This document shows positions 48,470 to 56,268 of a stretch of DNA of 64,000 nt, one piece after another (positions within the stretch are counted from its first letter, which is position 1; every line of letters begins with the position of its first letter). The notes under the pieces were generated by a model that worked only from the letters and a program-made list of their open reading frames with translations, was not told the origin of the DNA and made no database searches. This DNA is from Bdellovibrionia bacterium (lineage in GTDB: Bacteria > Bdellovibrionota > Bdellovibrionia > Bdellovibrionales > JAGQZY01): the NCBI GenBank assembly GCA_030427805.1, contig JAUICP010000006.1:138364-202363 (forward strand), read 5' to 3'. Both the position numbers and the translations under genes were made by a program.

Positions 48470-48598
48470 GAAAAATTGATCTCCACAAAAAAAATAGTTT
48501 CAAAAGAAAACGTTTCAAACTGAGACGCAAACTCCCTCAAGTATCGAATATTTCAGTGATTCCTTCACAATAGAAGTAAGCGAAAAAGGGAGTGATCA

Positions 48599-51500
48599 AT
48601 GAATTCCAATAATAGGTGGCACAATGATTTGCCAGCGCTAATGATCATCATAATTGTAATCGTGGGAATGATTCCTATGATTTCATACGGAAGTCCGAAG
48701 ACCAGCCAAACAAAAATTCAGCGAACTGAGCTCAAAAAAGTTAGTAAAAAACAGGCCAAGAGGTCTTCGAAGAAATCGAAACGCGCGCAAAGATACAGCA
48801 AACTTAAGAGACAAAAATACCTCAAAAAACTTCGCATGAAGAAAAGAGCGCAAAAAAGAAAAATCGCTTCAAAGAACTCTAAGGCTCGAAACAGTCAACT
48901 GCGAAAATCTAAACTGAGTAGGGCAAAAATTAAAGCCCTCAAGCAGAAAAAGGCCCGTAAAAGTGCTTACATAAGCATAAAGAAGAAACACCTAAAAATG
49001 CGAAGAGATGCTCGTAATGTAATGAAACTCTCTAAATTGAAAAGAAAATACGCCAAAGGTAAGAAAAGCTTCAACGTTACATTGGGTATGTGGAAGTTTG
49101 CTAACCAACGAACCAAGCTTCGCTATGCCATGGCCTTACGTGATAGCCTTATAAAAATTCAAAAAGAAATGCTTAAGAAAAATCCGAGGGATTTTGCTCT
49201 CAACGAACCCGAGAATCCTTTTGTGGCTCTCCTCAATGGACTCTTTCAAGAAGCAATGGCCGCCAATGTCGGTGATCGCTGCCTCTATGCCGGGTGGCCT
49301 TCTACCTATCAAGAGCATCCTGGATTCGGACGCCCTTATTGTGTTCCGAGTAATGGAAGTGGCCAGGGTATTGGCCCTAATGAAGAGCCTTTTCGAACTT
49401 GGAATGGCGAACTCAAATGTTCTGCCGGACAAATCCTATGTAATCCCGCAATATTCGGAATGGGTAGCCACGGAAATGGATACTGCACGAACAGAGGTCG
49501 CAGAGCCTTTCGCAACTGCCAAGATCAGTACTACTCTGACCGCGGCTTTCCGGCCCGGGCAATTGTTGAACAGCTCATAGCTAACCCACAAACGGGCTAT
49601 CAAAATATTTCAGAAATGCAGACATTTATCGATGACTACTGTGGAAACAGTCAGGCCTATCAATGCCGTTCAATTAGAGATCGACTGGCTCGCCTCGAAC
49701 TCGATTTTCCGCAAGAGGCCCGTGCGATTGTTGCAGCAGCCCCTGCGCCTGAACCAGCCAACGCTGAAGGTGAATGTGCTGCAGGCGATACAGAATGTGA
49801 AGAAAGAGCAGCTGCTGCGGCGGCGGCAGCAGCCGTTGAAACAGCTGAAGTCCCTAACCAATACGCCCATTTGGCCACCCACGATGGCCGATGTGAAACG
49901 GGCCTGCCCGATGATGTCACCGATGTCGATTGCGATACTGTATGTGAACCCCCATCAGAAGAAATTTTCAATCTCGATCGCGATTGCCGAGTTGATTACA
50001 CGTGGAATGCAGAACTCGGTCAAGCCGTTGAGATTGGCGCTGCAGCTCCAGAAGTCGAAACTGCAACTGTCGGTCCTGCGCCAGAAACCGGAGTTGAAGA
50101 AAACGGCTGGGCCGTTCACGATGGAAATTGCCAACGCTGGGAAGGCGGACAAACTGATGTCGACTGCGATGCCATCTGTGAACCGGCAACCCGAGAAATT
50201 TTTGATCTCGATCGCGACTGCTTCGAATATACTTGGGAAGAAGTCGATCCTGCCAATAGAACACCAGCCGTTGCTGAAACTGAAACCGAAGAAGTAATGA
50301 CTCCAGCGCCAGAACCTGAAGCTGAAGTCGCCGCTGGTGACACACGTTGGTCTGTTCATAATGGAGTCTGTGATTACAATACACCCGAAGGTGTTGTCGA
50401 TGTCGACTGTGACACGATCTGTGAACCGGCAACTCGAGAAATTTTTGATCTCGATCGCGACTGCCTCGTCGACTATGTTTGGAATGATGAACTCGGCCGC
50501 GCGGTAGAATACGGCACTGAGCCTCCCGCAGCAGAAACCGGAGAAGTTGTTGCTGCTGGAACCAATGCAGAAGTCGCAGCCCCCGAACCGGAAGCGGATG
50601 AAACTGAAACGTGTACAGACAATGATTGTGCTGTTGCATCTGGAATCGCTGCCGCACCAGAAACCGAAGAGCTTGTCGTTGCCAATGGAGACGCAGAAAC
50701 AGTTGTCCCCGAAGGAGAAGTGAATCCGTCAGCAATTGTTTTGCCCGGCCAAGGGGCTAACCCTATTGTTTACCCAGACTATGTTGAAACTCCGACTACA
50801 GTTCACATGTGTCATGGTAGAAATCAGGTCGTTAACTCTAGTGGAGAAGCAACAAACTTCTTCCCACAAGGGGTCGGAAGCTGCGTTGCCTGCTCTCTTG
50901 ACCTACAAATTAATGAACTCAACCCTGATCAACTCAATACTAAGAGAGTTTCAACGAGGTACTTGGATCTAGTTTCTGTAATAGCTAGAACGTGCTACTC
51001 CGGTGACCGAACTCGAAGCGCTTTGACTGCCAATGAAATCACCCAACAACTCGGTTACTGTGGTGAAGAGACCTATAATTTTAGTCAAATGACTGCCCAA
51101 GAGATTCTCGCCCATCAAATGCATATCCGCTCTATTTTAGGTGGCGGTGGAGATGACTCCTCTTTTCAGGCCCTTTATGGAATGAGTAAAGAGCAATTCC
51201 AGCAAAGTATGTGTGAAGGTCAGAATGGTTTGAAATCGAGCCGAGGTGAGGTCTTAAGAGCGATTAATGGACTCGCACCAGGCCAAGGTGTTCCTGGTGA
51301 CAATGGCAGGGTCTTCCCTGAAGGCAGTTTGACAGGGCAACTCAACGCCTGCCTCGAAGAAGGTAATGAGAGAATGAATTTAAGACCTCAGTACTGCTCA
51401 CTTAATGCGGACGCCCCAGAAAATAATGACCCAACAGATTTTTATAATCGTGAGATGAGAGAGCACATCGACAGTGCTTTCCTTCCCGCCCTCATTCAAA

Positions 51501-52099
51501 CAGGTGAATTCGGCGGATGTACGACAATTACTGATCCCATCCCAATGCCTTCCGATGAAGAAAGGGAAGAGCTAGATCGAACGAGGCAAATGATTTTCAC
51601 CCATGGAGGCTTTAATCACGATGGTGAGCCTACACTGTTTTACTACGACATGGGCGGATCAGAAGGTGAAGGTCTTTATGGACGCACTGAAAGTTATCGC
51701 TCTCGCCGTGAGTTTTATCTCATGTCAGGTCAAAACTTAGACTCGTCCATCCAAAGAGAGCAAGCGCGACTTGCGGAGATTACTGCTGAACTCGAGGAAT
51801 TTAGAGCAGCACTTCCAGAAGAGCCGAGCGAACAACAGAGGGCCGACCTTGCCCAGCTCGAGTCCGATGCTGAGCGAGCACAAGCCGTCGTTGATCAACT
51901 GATAGCAAGCCGCCAATCCCACCTGGAAGAAGCTTCAGGATGGAGAGACCCAGGTCAATTTGTACGCTCTGGAGATAGCTTTATGATTTCTTGTAATCGT
52001 CCCACGCGAATTCATGCGACCATTCCGACCCACGGAGACCAAACCGATCCAGATGCCAGTCTCGTGGGAACTATCGATGGTACTCCCAACGAAAATTAG
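48599..52099 (+). CDS. 1166-aa secreted/anchored protein: polybasic region, Cys-rich core, 3 tandem four-Cys repeats, C-terminal coiled coil; function unknown
   Basis: GGGAG SD. Hydrophobic N-terminus LPALMIIIIVIVGMIPMISYG. About 130 aa are K/R-rich. Many Cys follow. There are three copies of H[DN]G.C...VDCD..CEP...EIF.LDRDC. A coiled coil occurs near the C-terminus (REQARLAEITAELEEFRAAL). Confidence 0.85.
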   Translation: MNSNNRWHNDLPALMIIIIVIVGMIPMISYGSPKTSQTKIQRTELKKVSKKQAKRSSKKSKRAQRYSKLKRQKYLKKLRMKKRAQKRKIASKNSKARNSQLRKSKLSRAKIKALKQKKARKSAYISIKKKHLKMRRDARNVMKLSKLKRKYAKGKKSFNVTLGMWKFANQRTKLRYAMALRDSLIKIQKEMLKKNPRDFALNEPENPFVALLNGLFQEAMAANVGDRCLYAGWPSTYQEHPGFGRPYCVPSNGSGQGIGPNEEPFRTWNGELKCSAGQILCNPAIFGMGSHGNGYCTNRGRRAFRNCQDQYYSDRGFPARAIVEQLIANPQTGYQNISEMQTFIDDYCGNSQAYQCRSIRDRLARLELDFPQEARAIVAAAPAPEPANAEGECAAGDTECEERAAAAAAAAAVETAEVPNQYAHLATHDGRCETGLPDDVTDVDCDTVCEPPSEEIFNLDRDCRVDYTWNAELGQAVEIGAAAPEVETATVGPAPETGVEENGWAVHDGNCQRWEGGQTDVDCDAICEPATREIFDLDRDCFEYTWEEVDPANRTPAVAETETEEVMTPAPEPEAEVAAGDTRWSVHNGVCDYNTPEGVVDVDCDTICEPATREIFDLDRDCLVDYVWNDELGRAVEYGTEPPAAETGEVVAAGTNAEVAAPEPEADETETCTDNDCAVASGIAAAPETEELVVANGDAETVVPEGEVNPSAIVLPGQGANPIVYPDYVETPTTVHMCHGRNQVVNSSGEATNFFPQGVGSCVACSLDLQINELNPDQLNTKRVSTRYLDLVSVIARTCYSGDRTRSALTANEITQQLGYCGEETYNFSQMTAQEILAHQMHIRSILGGGGDDSSFQALYGMSKEQFQQSMCEGQNGLKSSRGEVLRAINGLAPGQGVPGDNGRVFPEGSLTGQLNACLEEGNERMNLRPQYCSLNADAPENNDPTDFYNREMREHIDSAFLPALIQTGEFGGCTTITDPIPMPSDEEREELDRTRQMIFTHGGFNHDGEPTLFYYDMGGSEGEGLYGRTESYRSRREFYLMSGQNLDSSIQREQARLAEITAELEEFRAALPEEPSEQQRADLAQLESDAERAQAVVDQLIASRQSHLEEASGWRDPGQFVRSGDSFMISCNRPTRIHATIPTHGDQTDPDASLVGTIDGTPNEN
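49880..50515 (+). repeat. three tandem in-frame repeats (periods 237 and 240 nt) inside the giant gene
   Basis: Repeat starts fall at the His codons at 49880, 50117 and 50357. The cores of repeats 2 and 3 are nearly identical at the nucleotide level (gatgtcgactg.ga....atctgtgaaccggcaac.cgagaaatttttgatctcgatcgcgactgc). Confidence 0.9.
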
Positions 52100-52123
52100 G
52101 TCGTACCAAGTCATTTAAAGCAT

Positions 52124-52155
52124 AAAAAAAAGCGCCATCGAAGTGGCGCTTTTTT
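52124..52155. terminator. bidirectional intrinsic terminator after the giant gene (+) and the 108-aa gene (-)
   Basis: AAAAAAA-AGCGCCA-tcgaag-TGGCGCT-TTTTT. Confidence 0.8.
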
Positions 52156-52176
52156 AATTGATTATGTGGTTTTACT

Positions 52177-52503
52177 TTAGAAAGTATTTCCACCCTGATT
52201 GGGGTCATTTCCGCCCATGCCTTGGCCAAAAGGATTTGATGTTTCCATCCCCTGATTCATTTGCGATTGATCCTCAACAAATGGCGATGAGTGATCTTGG
52301 GAATTACCCTCGTGGGCTTCTACAGAAGAAGCATCTTTAATATCTTCCTCAAGATTGAAACGCTCTACTTTTGCAGATTCATCGGGCTGGCCGTCTCGGT
52401 GTTGCTTAAGCTCTTCTTCAGTAAGAGTCCCTCGCTTGAGATTGATATTCACCATGCGGTTATCAAACTTTAATTTTTGCATTTGATCGTGAATGTAAGC
52501 CAC
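52177..52503 (-). CDS. hypothetical protein with a Gln/Gly/Asn-rich C-terminus
   Basis: ORF downstream of the rhomboid gene. I prefer the GTG at 52503 (AGGAGG 4 nt upstream) to the TTG at 52521. No motif recognised. Confidence 0.55.
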   Translation of the reverse strand: MAYIHDQMQKLKFDNRMVNINLKRGTLTEEELKQHRDGQPDESAKVERFNLEEDIKDASSVEAHEGNSQDHSSPFVEDQSQMNQGMETSNPFGQGMGGNDPNQGGNTF

Positions 52504-52511
52504 AATGCCTC

Positions 52512-53303
52512 CTAATTCCAATATCGGGGACCGTCCCCGCCGTCATCATCGTCTTCTACCCTGACTTTGTTGTCGTTGTTTACCACGAGTTTCAGCTTGC
52601 GTCCACCGCGCTTAGGCTTTTTCGTCTTCTTTTGCCCTTTATAGCGGGTCCAAAAGATCAGAAAGAGAAAGCCTGTGACCAAGCCCCCGAGGTGAGCCAG
52701 ATTCGCCGTCGAAGAGGCCCCTGACACCCCAGTATTGAGGCTTGAAACAATTTCAATCATCCCAATGATCATCACGAAATACTTCGCTTTAATCGGGATC
52801 GTCATAAAAAGATAGATCACTCTTTCGCCAAAGATAATCCCAAACGCCAAGAGGAGACCGAAAATAGCCCCCGAGGCACCGATCACTGGAGCCGTCCACA
52901 GAATGGGCTGGCTGGCTTTAGCGAGCATGGCGATCACGACAATAAGGCTATAGAGTAAAGCCGCTCCTACCCCGCACACGAAGTAATAGAGCGTAAAAAA
53001 GCGAGTTCCCCACTTCTGCTCCAATTCGCCACCAAACCACCAAAGGACCAACATATTCATGAGTATGTGCATGGGGCTCGTGGCGTGGAGAAACATATAA
53101 GTAAATGGCGTCCATATATTGAAGCTCTCAATAAGGCGAGCGGGACTAAACGAAAAGAAAAGAGTAAAGGGCTGGCCGCTAAAAAACTGCCCCTCGATGA
53201 TGACCTGAACGACAAACCATATGAAGAGATTTGCGATGAGCAGTTTCTTCACCATGGGGGTCATGGGAGCCATCATTTGTAAGTTCATGCCACCGCGCTG
53301 CAT
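52512..53303 (-). CDS. rhomboid-family intramembrane serine protease
   Basis: Six TM helices. The catalytic Ser is in GASGAIFGLL and the His in ANLAHLGGLVTG. A basic C-terminal tail is present (KGQKKTKKPKRGGRKLK). Confidence 0.88.
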   Translation of the reverse strand: MQRGGMNLQMMAPMTPMVKKLLIANLFIWFVVQVIIEGQFFSGQPFTLFFSFSPARLIESFNIWTPFTYMFLHATSPMHILMNMLVLWWFGGELEQKWGTRFFTLYYFVCGVGAALLYSLIVVIAMLAKASQPILWTAPVIGASGAIFGLLLAFGIIFGERVIYLFMTIPIKAKYFVMIIGMIEIVSSLNTGVSGASSTANLAHLGGLVTGFLFLIFWTRYKGQKKTKKPKRGGRKLKLVVNNDNKVRVEDDDDGGDGPRYWN

Positions 53304-53311
53304 TTCCTCTC

Positions 53312-53953
53312 CTAGAGTTTGAGCTTCTCGAAATAAGGTATCAAACGGCCATAGCTTTGCTCAAGTGTTTCGATAACCACTTTTGTATCGGCGATTAAGG
53401 GAAAAAAGTTCGTATCCCCTCGCCAACGGGGAATTAAATGAAAGTGGAGGTGGTCTGGAATTCCAGCTCCCGCCATGGACCCTTGGTTCAGGCCCACGTT
53501 CAAGGCCTCACATTCATAGGCCTCTTTAACGATAGCCGAAGCTCTTCTCAGCAGCTTTGTGACGCGAAGGTAAATATCTTCGTCCAAGCGGTCCATTTCG
53601 CCATTATGTTGAACCGGCAACACCAGGAGGTGGCCGTTGTTATAGGGATATTTGTTGAGAACCACCATGGCCTTGTCATCCTTGTACAAGCAAAGGCTCT
53701 CAAAACTCACTCCCCGCTTTGCTGCCTTGCAAAAAACACAGCCCTTGGGTTTGACGAGCTTGCGCACGTATTTGAGGCGCTCCGGTTTTTCAATAAGCTC
53801 CCGCTCCCCGGGCCAAATATCGTGGACAGAGGCACTCCGAAGCTTTCGAGCTTCGCTCTTTGAAGTAATAAGAACTTTCTTAGCCTTCTTCTTAGCCTTT
53901 TTTTGGGGCTTCTTCTTAGAAGCTTTTGTTTTCTTTTTTGAACTCTTGGCCAC
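53312..53953 (-). CDS. HIT-family nucleotide hydrolase/phosphorylase (Ap4A-phosphorylase-like) with a poly-Lys N-terminus
   Basis: Histidine triad HLHFHLIPRW and the upstream LNKYPYNNGHLLVLP. The N-terminus is MAKSSKKKTKASKKKPQKKAKKKAKK. GTG start 8 nt after AAGGAG. Confidence 0.85.
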   Translation of the reverse strand: MAKSSKKKTKASKKKPQKKAKKKAKKVLITSKSEARKLRSASVHDIWPGERELIEKPERLKYVRKLVKPKGCVFCKAAKRGVSFESLCLYKDDKAMVVLNKYPYNNGHLLVLPVQHNGEMDRLDEDIYLRVTKLLRRASAIVKEAYECEALNVGLNQGSMAGAGIPDHLHFHLIPRWRGDTNFFPLIADTKVVIETLEQSYGRLIPYFEKLKL

Positions 53954-54009
53954 GATTCAACTCCTTACCCCACCTAGATTGACTTAAAAAGGCCTTTGGC
54001 ACAAGAGCC

Positions 54010-54044
54010 GGTAGAAGCTTCCTTTTGGTAGCAATATCGTGTCA
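54010..54044 (+). repeat. 35-nt motif, copy 1 (GGTAGAAGCTTCCTTTTGGTAGCAATATCGTGTCA)
   Basis: It matches copy 2 at 34/35 positions. It lies in the intergenic gap between the 341-aa gene and the HIT gene. Confidence 0.9.
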
Positions 54045-54082
54045 ATTTCAAGTAATCCCCTATCGGCCTTCAAATGATTTAC

Positions 54083-55108
54083 CTAAGAGTTAATTTCTTT
54101 TTGAATATCGGCGGCCCAGCGAGAAAATAATTGTGAATCGGTAATTTCTTTCTGCAGCTCTTTATGGGTCTCACTGGCTTTTTCAAAACCAGAAACCCGA
54201 CTGACTATGTCGTGGGCGTAATGCTCGGGTGTGAGATTGAGAGATAGATTCTCTGACCGATCAAAAACTGCGGCAATTTGATCAATCCACCCACCCCAGT
54301 CCTTTGCCTTTCCAAAAAGGTCAATGTAGTGGGTTGTAACGAGGTAAGGGCTTTCTGCCAGTGAAATCTCCTTAGTGACTGATACCTTTGGCAACTGAAC
54401 AAATCGGCTCTTGCGAATTTCCTCCAATGGATAGTGAGAAAATTCTTTTTCAATCTCCCCGTGAAAAGGGCTCTCACTTTCTAATTTGAAAAGTCCATCG
54501 GCGAATTGAATCATCATAGCGATGTAGCGAATTTCTCGTCTCATTTTATGAGTACCCACTTCAATTTCGTCATGGGGATAGCAATTACTATCGATCCGCT
54601 CCTGTAGCTTTGAAAGGCGTTTTGAAAGGCGCTTACCAAAGAATTCCCGGTCCTTATTATTTTCGAAGAATGAAAAATCAACGACCTGCGAGCGAATTTG
54701 TCCAACCCGATCTTTTCTGAGCCAATCATTTTCAATGTGATCAGAAATAAAGCCCATTTGCATGAGTTGGCCGTTGGAAACAGCTTCTACCAAGAAGTCC
54801 CTGTGTTGAAACTCAGGCCCCAGTTCTGAGTTGGCCTCAGCCAAAAATTCCAGAAGTTCCTTTTCTAGATCGTAGGCACCGAGCGCATCTTCCAAAAGTT
54901 TGGCTTGAACCCGAATCTCCTCAAACCGGGGATCTAACTTTCTGTAGACTTTACCCAAGACCTCTAAGCGAAAGGCTATTACTCTTAAGTCTTTATAAAA
55001 ACGATCAAATGGATTTTCTAGTTCAAGAAAATTCTCGAGACCTCGTTCGAGCTCCTCAAGAATTCTAAGAAACCTCATCGCACCATCAATGACATTAGGA
55101 ACGTTCAA
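54083..55108 (-). CDS. all-helical protein, possibly CHAD-like; function unknown
   Basis: 341 aa. The segments LEDALGAYDLEKELLEFL and GTHKMRREIRYIAMMIQF weakly resemble the CHAD repeat (LGxxxD ... HxxRxxxRRxRY). The TTG start overlaps the upstream stop (TTGA). Confidence 0.7.
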   Translation of the reverse strand: MNVPNVIDGAMRFLRILEELERGLENFLELENPFDRFYKDLRVIAFRLEVLGKVYRKLDPRFEEIRVQAKLLEDALGAYDLEKELLEFLAEANSELGPEFQHRDFLVEAVSNGQLMQMGFISDHIENDWLRKDRVGQIRSQVVDFSFFENNKDREFFGKRLSKRLSKLQERIDSNCYPHDEIEVGTHKMRREIRYIAMMIQFADGLFKLESESPFHGEIEKEFSHYPLEEIRKSRFVQLPKVSVTKEISLAESPYLVTTHYIDLFGKAKDWGGWIDQIAAVFDRSENLSLNLTPEHYAHDIVSRVSGFEKASETHKELQKEITDSQLFSRWAADIQKEINS

Positions 55109-55419
55109 GAAAGTTCCTCGATTATGAGATGGCGCTCTTCGAGCCGTTTCCCATCTGGCCCTGAAAAGGTATAAAGCCGATACTTCTTACCCAAGAACTC
55201 GAAATCCTGATTAGGAGGAGGCAGTTGGCCGTGTACGACTTTTAATATCAAGGAGTGACCATCTTTTCTCGCCTCAAAAAAACGATACCTTAAAGATGCT
55301 GTTGTTTTATCTTCGCGCTCTGATTCTGGATCGACCATCCCGTCATAGGTGAAATCAAAATCCGGAAATTCAATCCGCTCGCTCTGTATATATTGAATAG
55401 GTTCCCCAAAATGACTCAT
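55105..55419 (-). CDS. hypothetical 104-aa protein, translationally coupled to the 341-aa gene
   Basis: The ORF has a 4-nt overlap with the downstream gene. No motif recognised, and the SD is weak (AGGG). Confidence 0.6.
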   Translation of the reverse strand: MSHFGEPIQYIQSERIEFPDFDFTYDGMVDPESEREDKTTASLRYRFFEARKDGHSLILKVVHGQLPPPNQDFEFLGKKYRLYTFSGPDGKRLEERHLIIEELS

Positions 55420-55431
55420 ACCCTAGCTTAC

Positions 55432-55466
55432 GGTAGAAGCTTCCTTTTGGTAGCAATAACGTGTCA
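55432..55466 (+). repeat. 35-nt motif, copy 2 (GGTAGAAGCTTCCTTTTGGTAGCAATAACGTGTCA)
   Basis: It starts 13 nt from the start codon of the 104-aa gene, which is on the opposite strand. Confidence 0.9.
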
Positions 55467-55473
55467 TCAGCAA

Positions 55474-55511
55474 GCAGAAGCCTCCTTATGGTCGTGCTTC
55501 TGCGTTATTTT
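55474..55511 (+). other. stem-loop GCAGAAGC-N14-GCTTCTGC followed by GTTATTTT, 7 nt after motif copy 2
   Basis: An 8-bp perfect stem that looks like a terminator on the + strand. The loop carries GGAGG when read on the minus strand. Confidence 0.3.
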
Positions 55512-55565
55512 CGCGAACTTGATGAGGGAACTTCAATGCTTTCGTAGGGGAGTCGAAGATTATAA

Positions 55566-56084
55566 TTAGGTATCGTTTCCACCAGATGTATTCTGATCAA
55601 CGACTGTCGAAGCTTCAGGCCCGATCCATTCACTCGAAATTTGATTGACCTGATTCACTAAGAAGTCTGGACCAAGACGATTACAAAGGTTGCCTTCAAG
55701 AAGGTCAATTGTTCTGCGTTGCGAGTAATTTCCTTTGCCGTCACCGATACGGACATTCAACTGAGTAATTCGGCCCTCGTGTACTTGTGGAAAAACCTCT
55801 ACCACGCTGTACTTATCTTCATTCTCCAATTCAGTTTTCAACTCATCCACGGCAGCGTTCAATCGCTCCAAACAGATGCGAGAGTCCATTCGAATAATCT
55901 CTCCCGTACCAAAAGCCCTTAGCCGGACTGGTAGATCAGAGCCTTCTATTCCAAAACTATAGTCAATGTTAACTCCAGAATCTTGCGCCCGAACCTCAGT
56001 CCACGGCAAATTGATTCCTACTATTAAAATCAAAATCATCCCGACTTTGAAATTTAGGTTATTTGACTGCATTAGAATCTCCAT
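55566..56084 (-). CDS. exported protein, unknown function
   Basis: GGAGG SD. Hydrophobic N-terminus (VGMILILIVGINLPWTEVRAQ). No motif recognised. Confidence 0.65.
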   Translation of the reverse strand: MEILMQSNNLNFKVGMILILIVGINLPWTEVRAQDSGVNIDYSFGIEGSDLPVRLRAFGTGEIIRMDSRICLERLNAAVDELKTELENEDKYSVVEVFPQVHEGRITQLNVRIGDGKGNYSQRRTIDLLEGNLCNRLGPDFLVNQVNQISSEWIGPEASTVVDQNTSGGNDT

Positions 56085-56268
56085 AAATCCTCCACCAAAG
56101 GTCGCAAGAAAAGATCTACCTTCTAGAAATTCAATTTGCGCACCAGCCCAGCATGGCTCAATTAGATCTCACGTTCCAAAAAGCCTGCATAGGACCTAAA
56201 TGACTATAATTGCTAATCAACTTGTTAGAATTTTGACGTCTCATTTTAATACAGTTTGGAAAAATGAA

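Noticed and set aside
49632-50735. Multiple long ORFs on both strands inside the giant gene, for example 221 aa (+) and 255 aa (-).
   Set aside because: They overlap the 1166-aa frame, which alone has a start with an SD, a signal sequence and repeat periodicity in frame. The others reflect local stop-codon depletion.
54010-54032. Whether the repeated motif is a fragment of a known RNA, such as the SRP RNA (AAGGAAGC) or a tRNA D-arm (TGGTAGC).
   Set aside because: Only 7-8 nt resemblances exist. There is no surrounding cloverleaf or SRP helix-8 context, so I do not call any known RNA gene.
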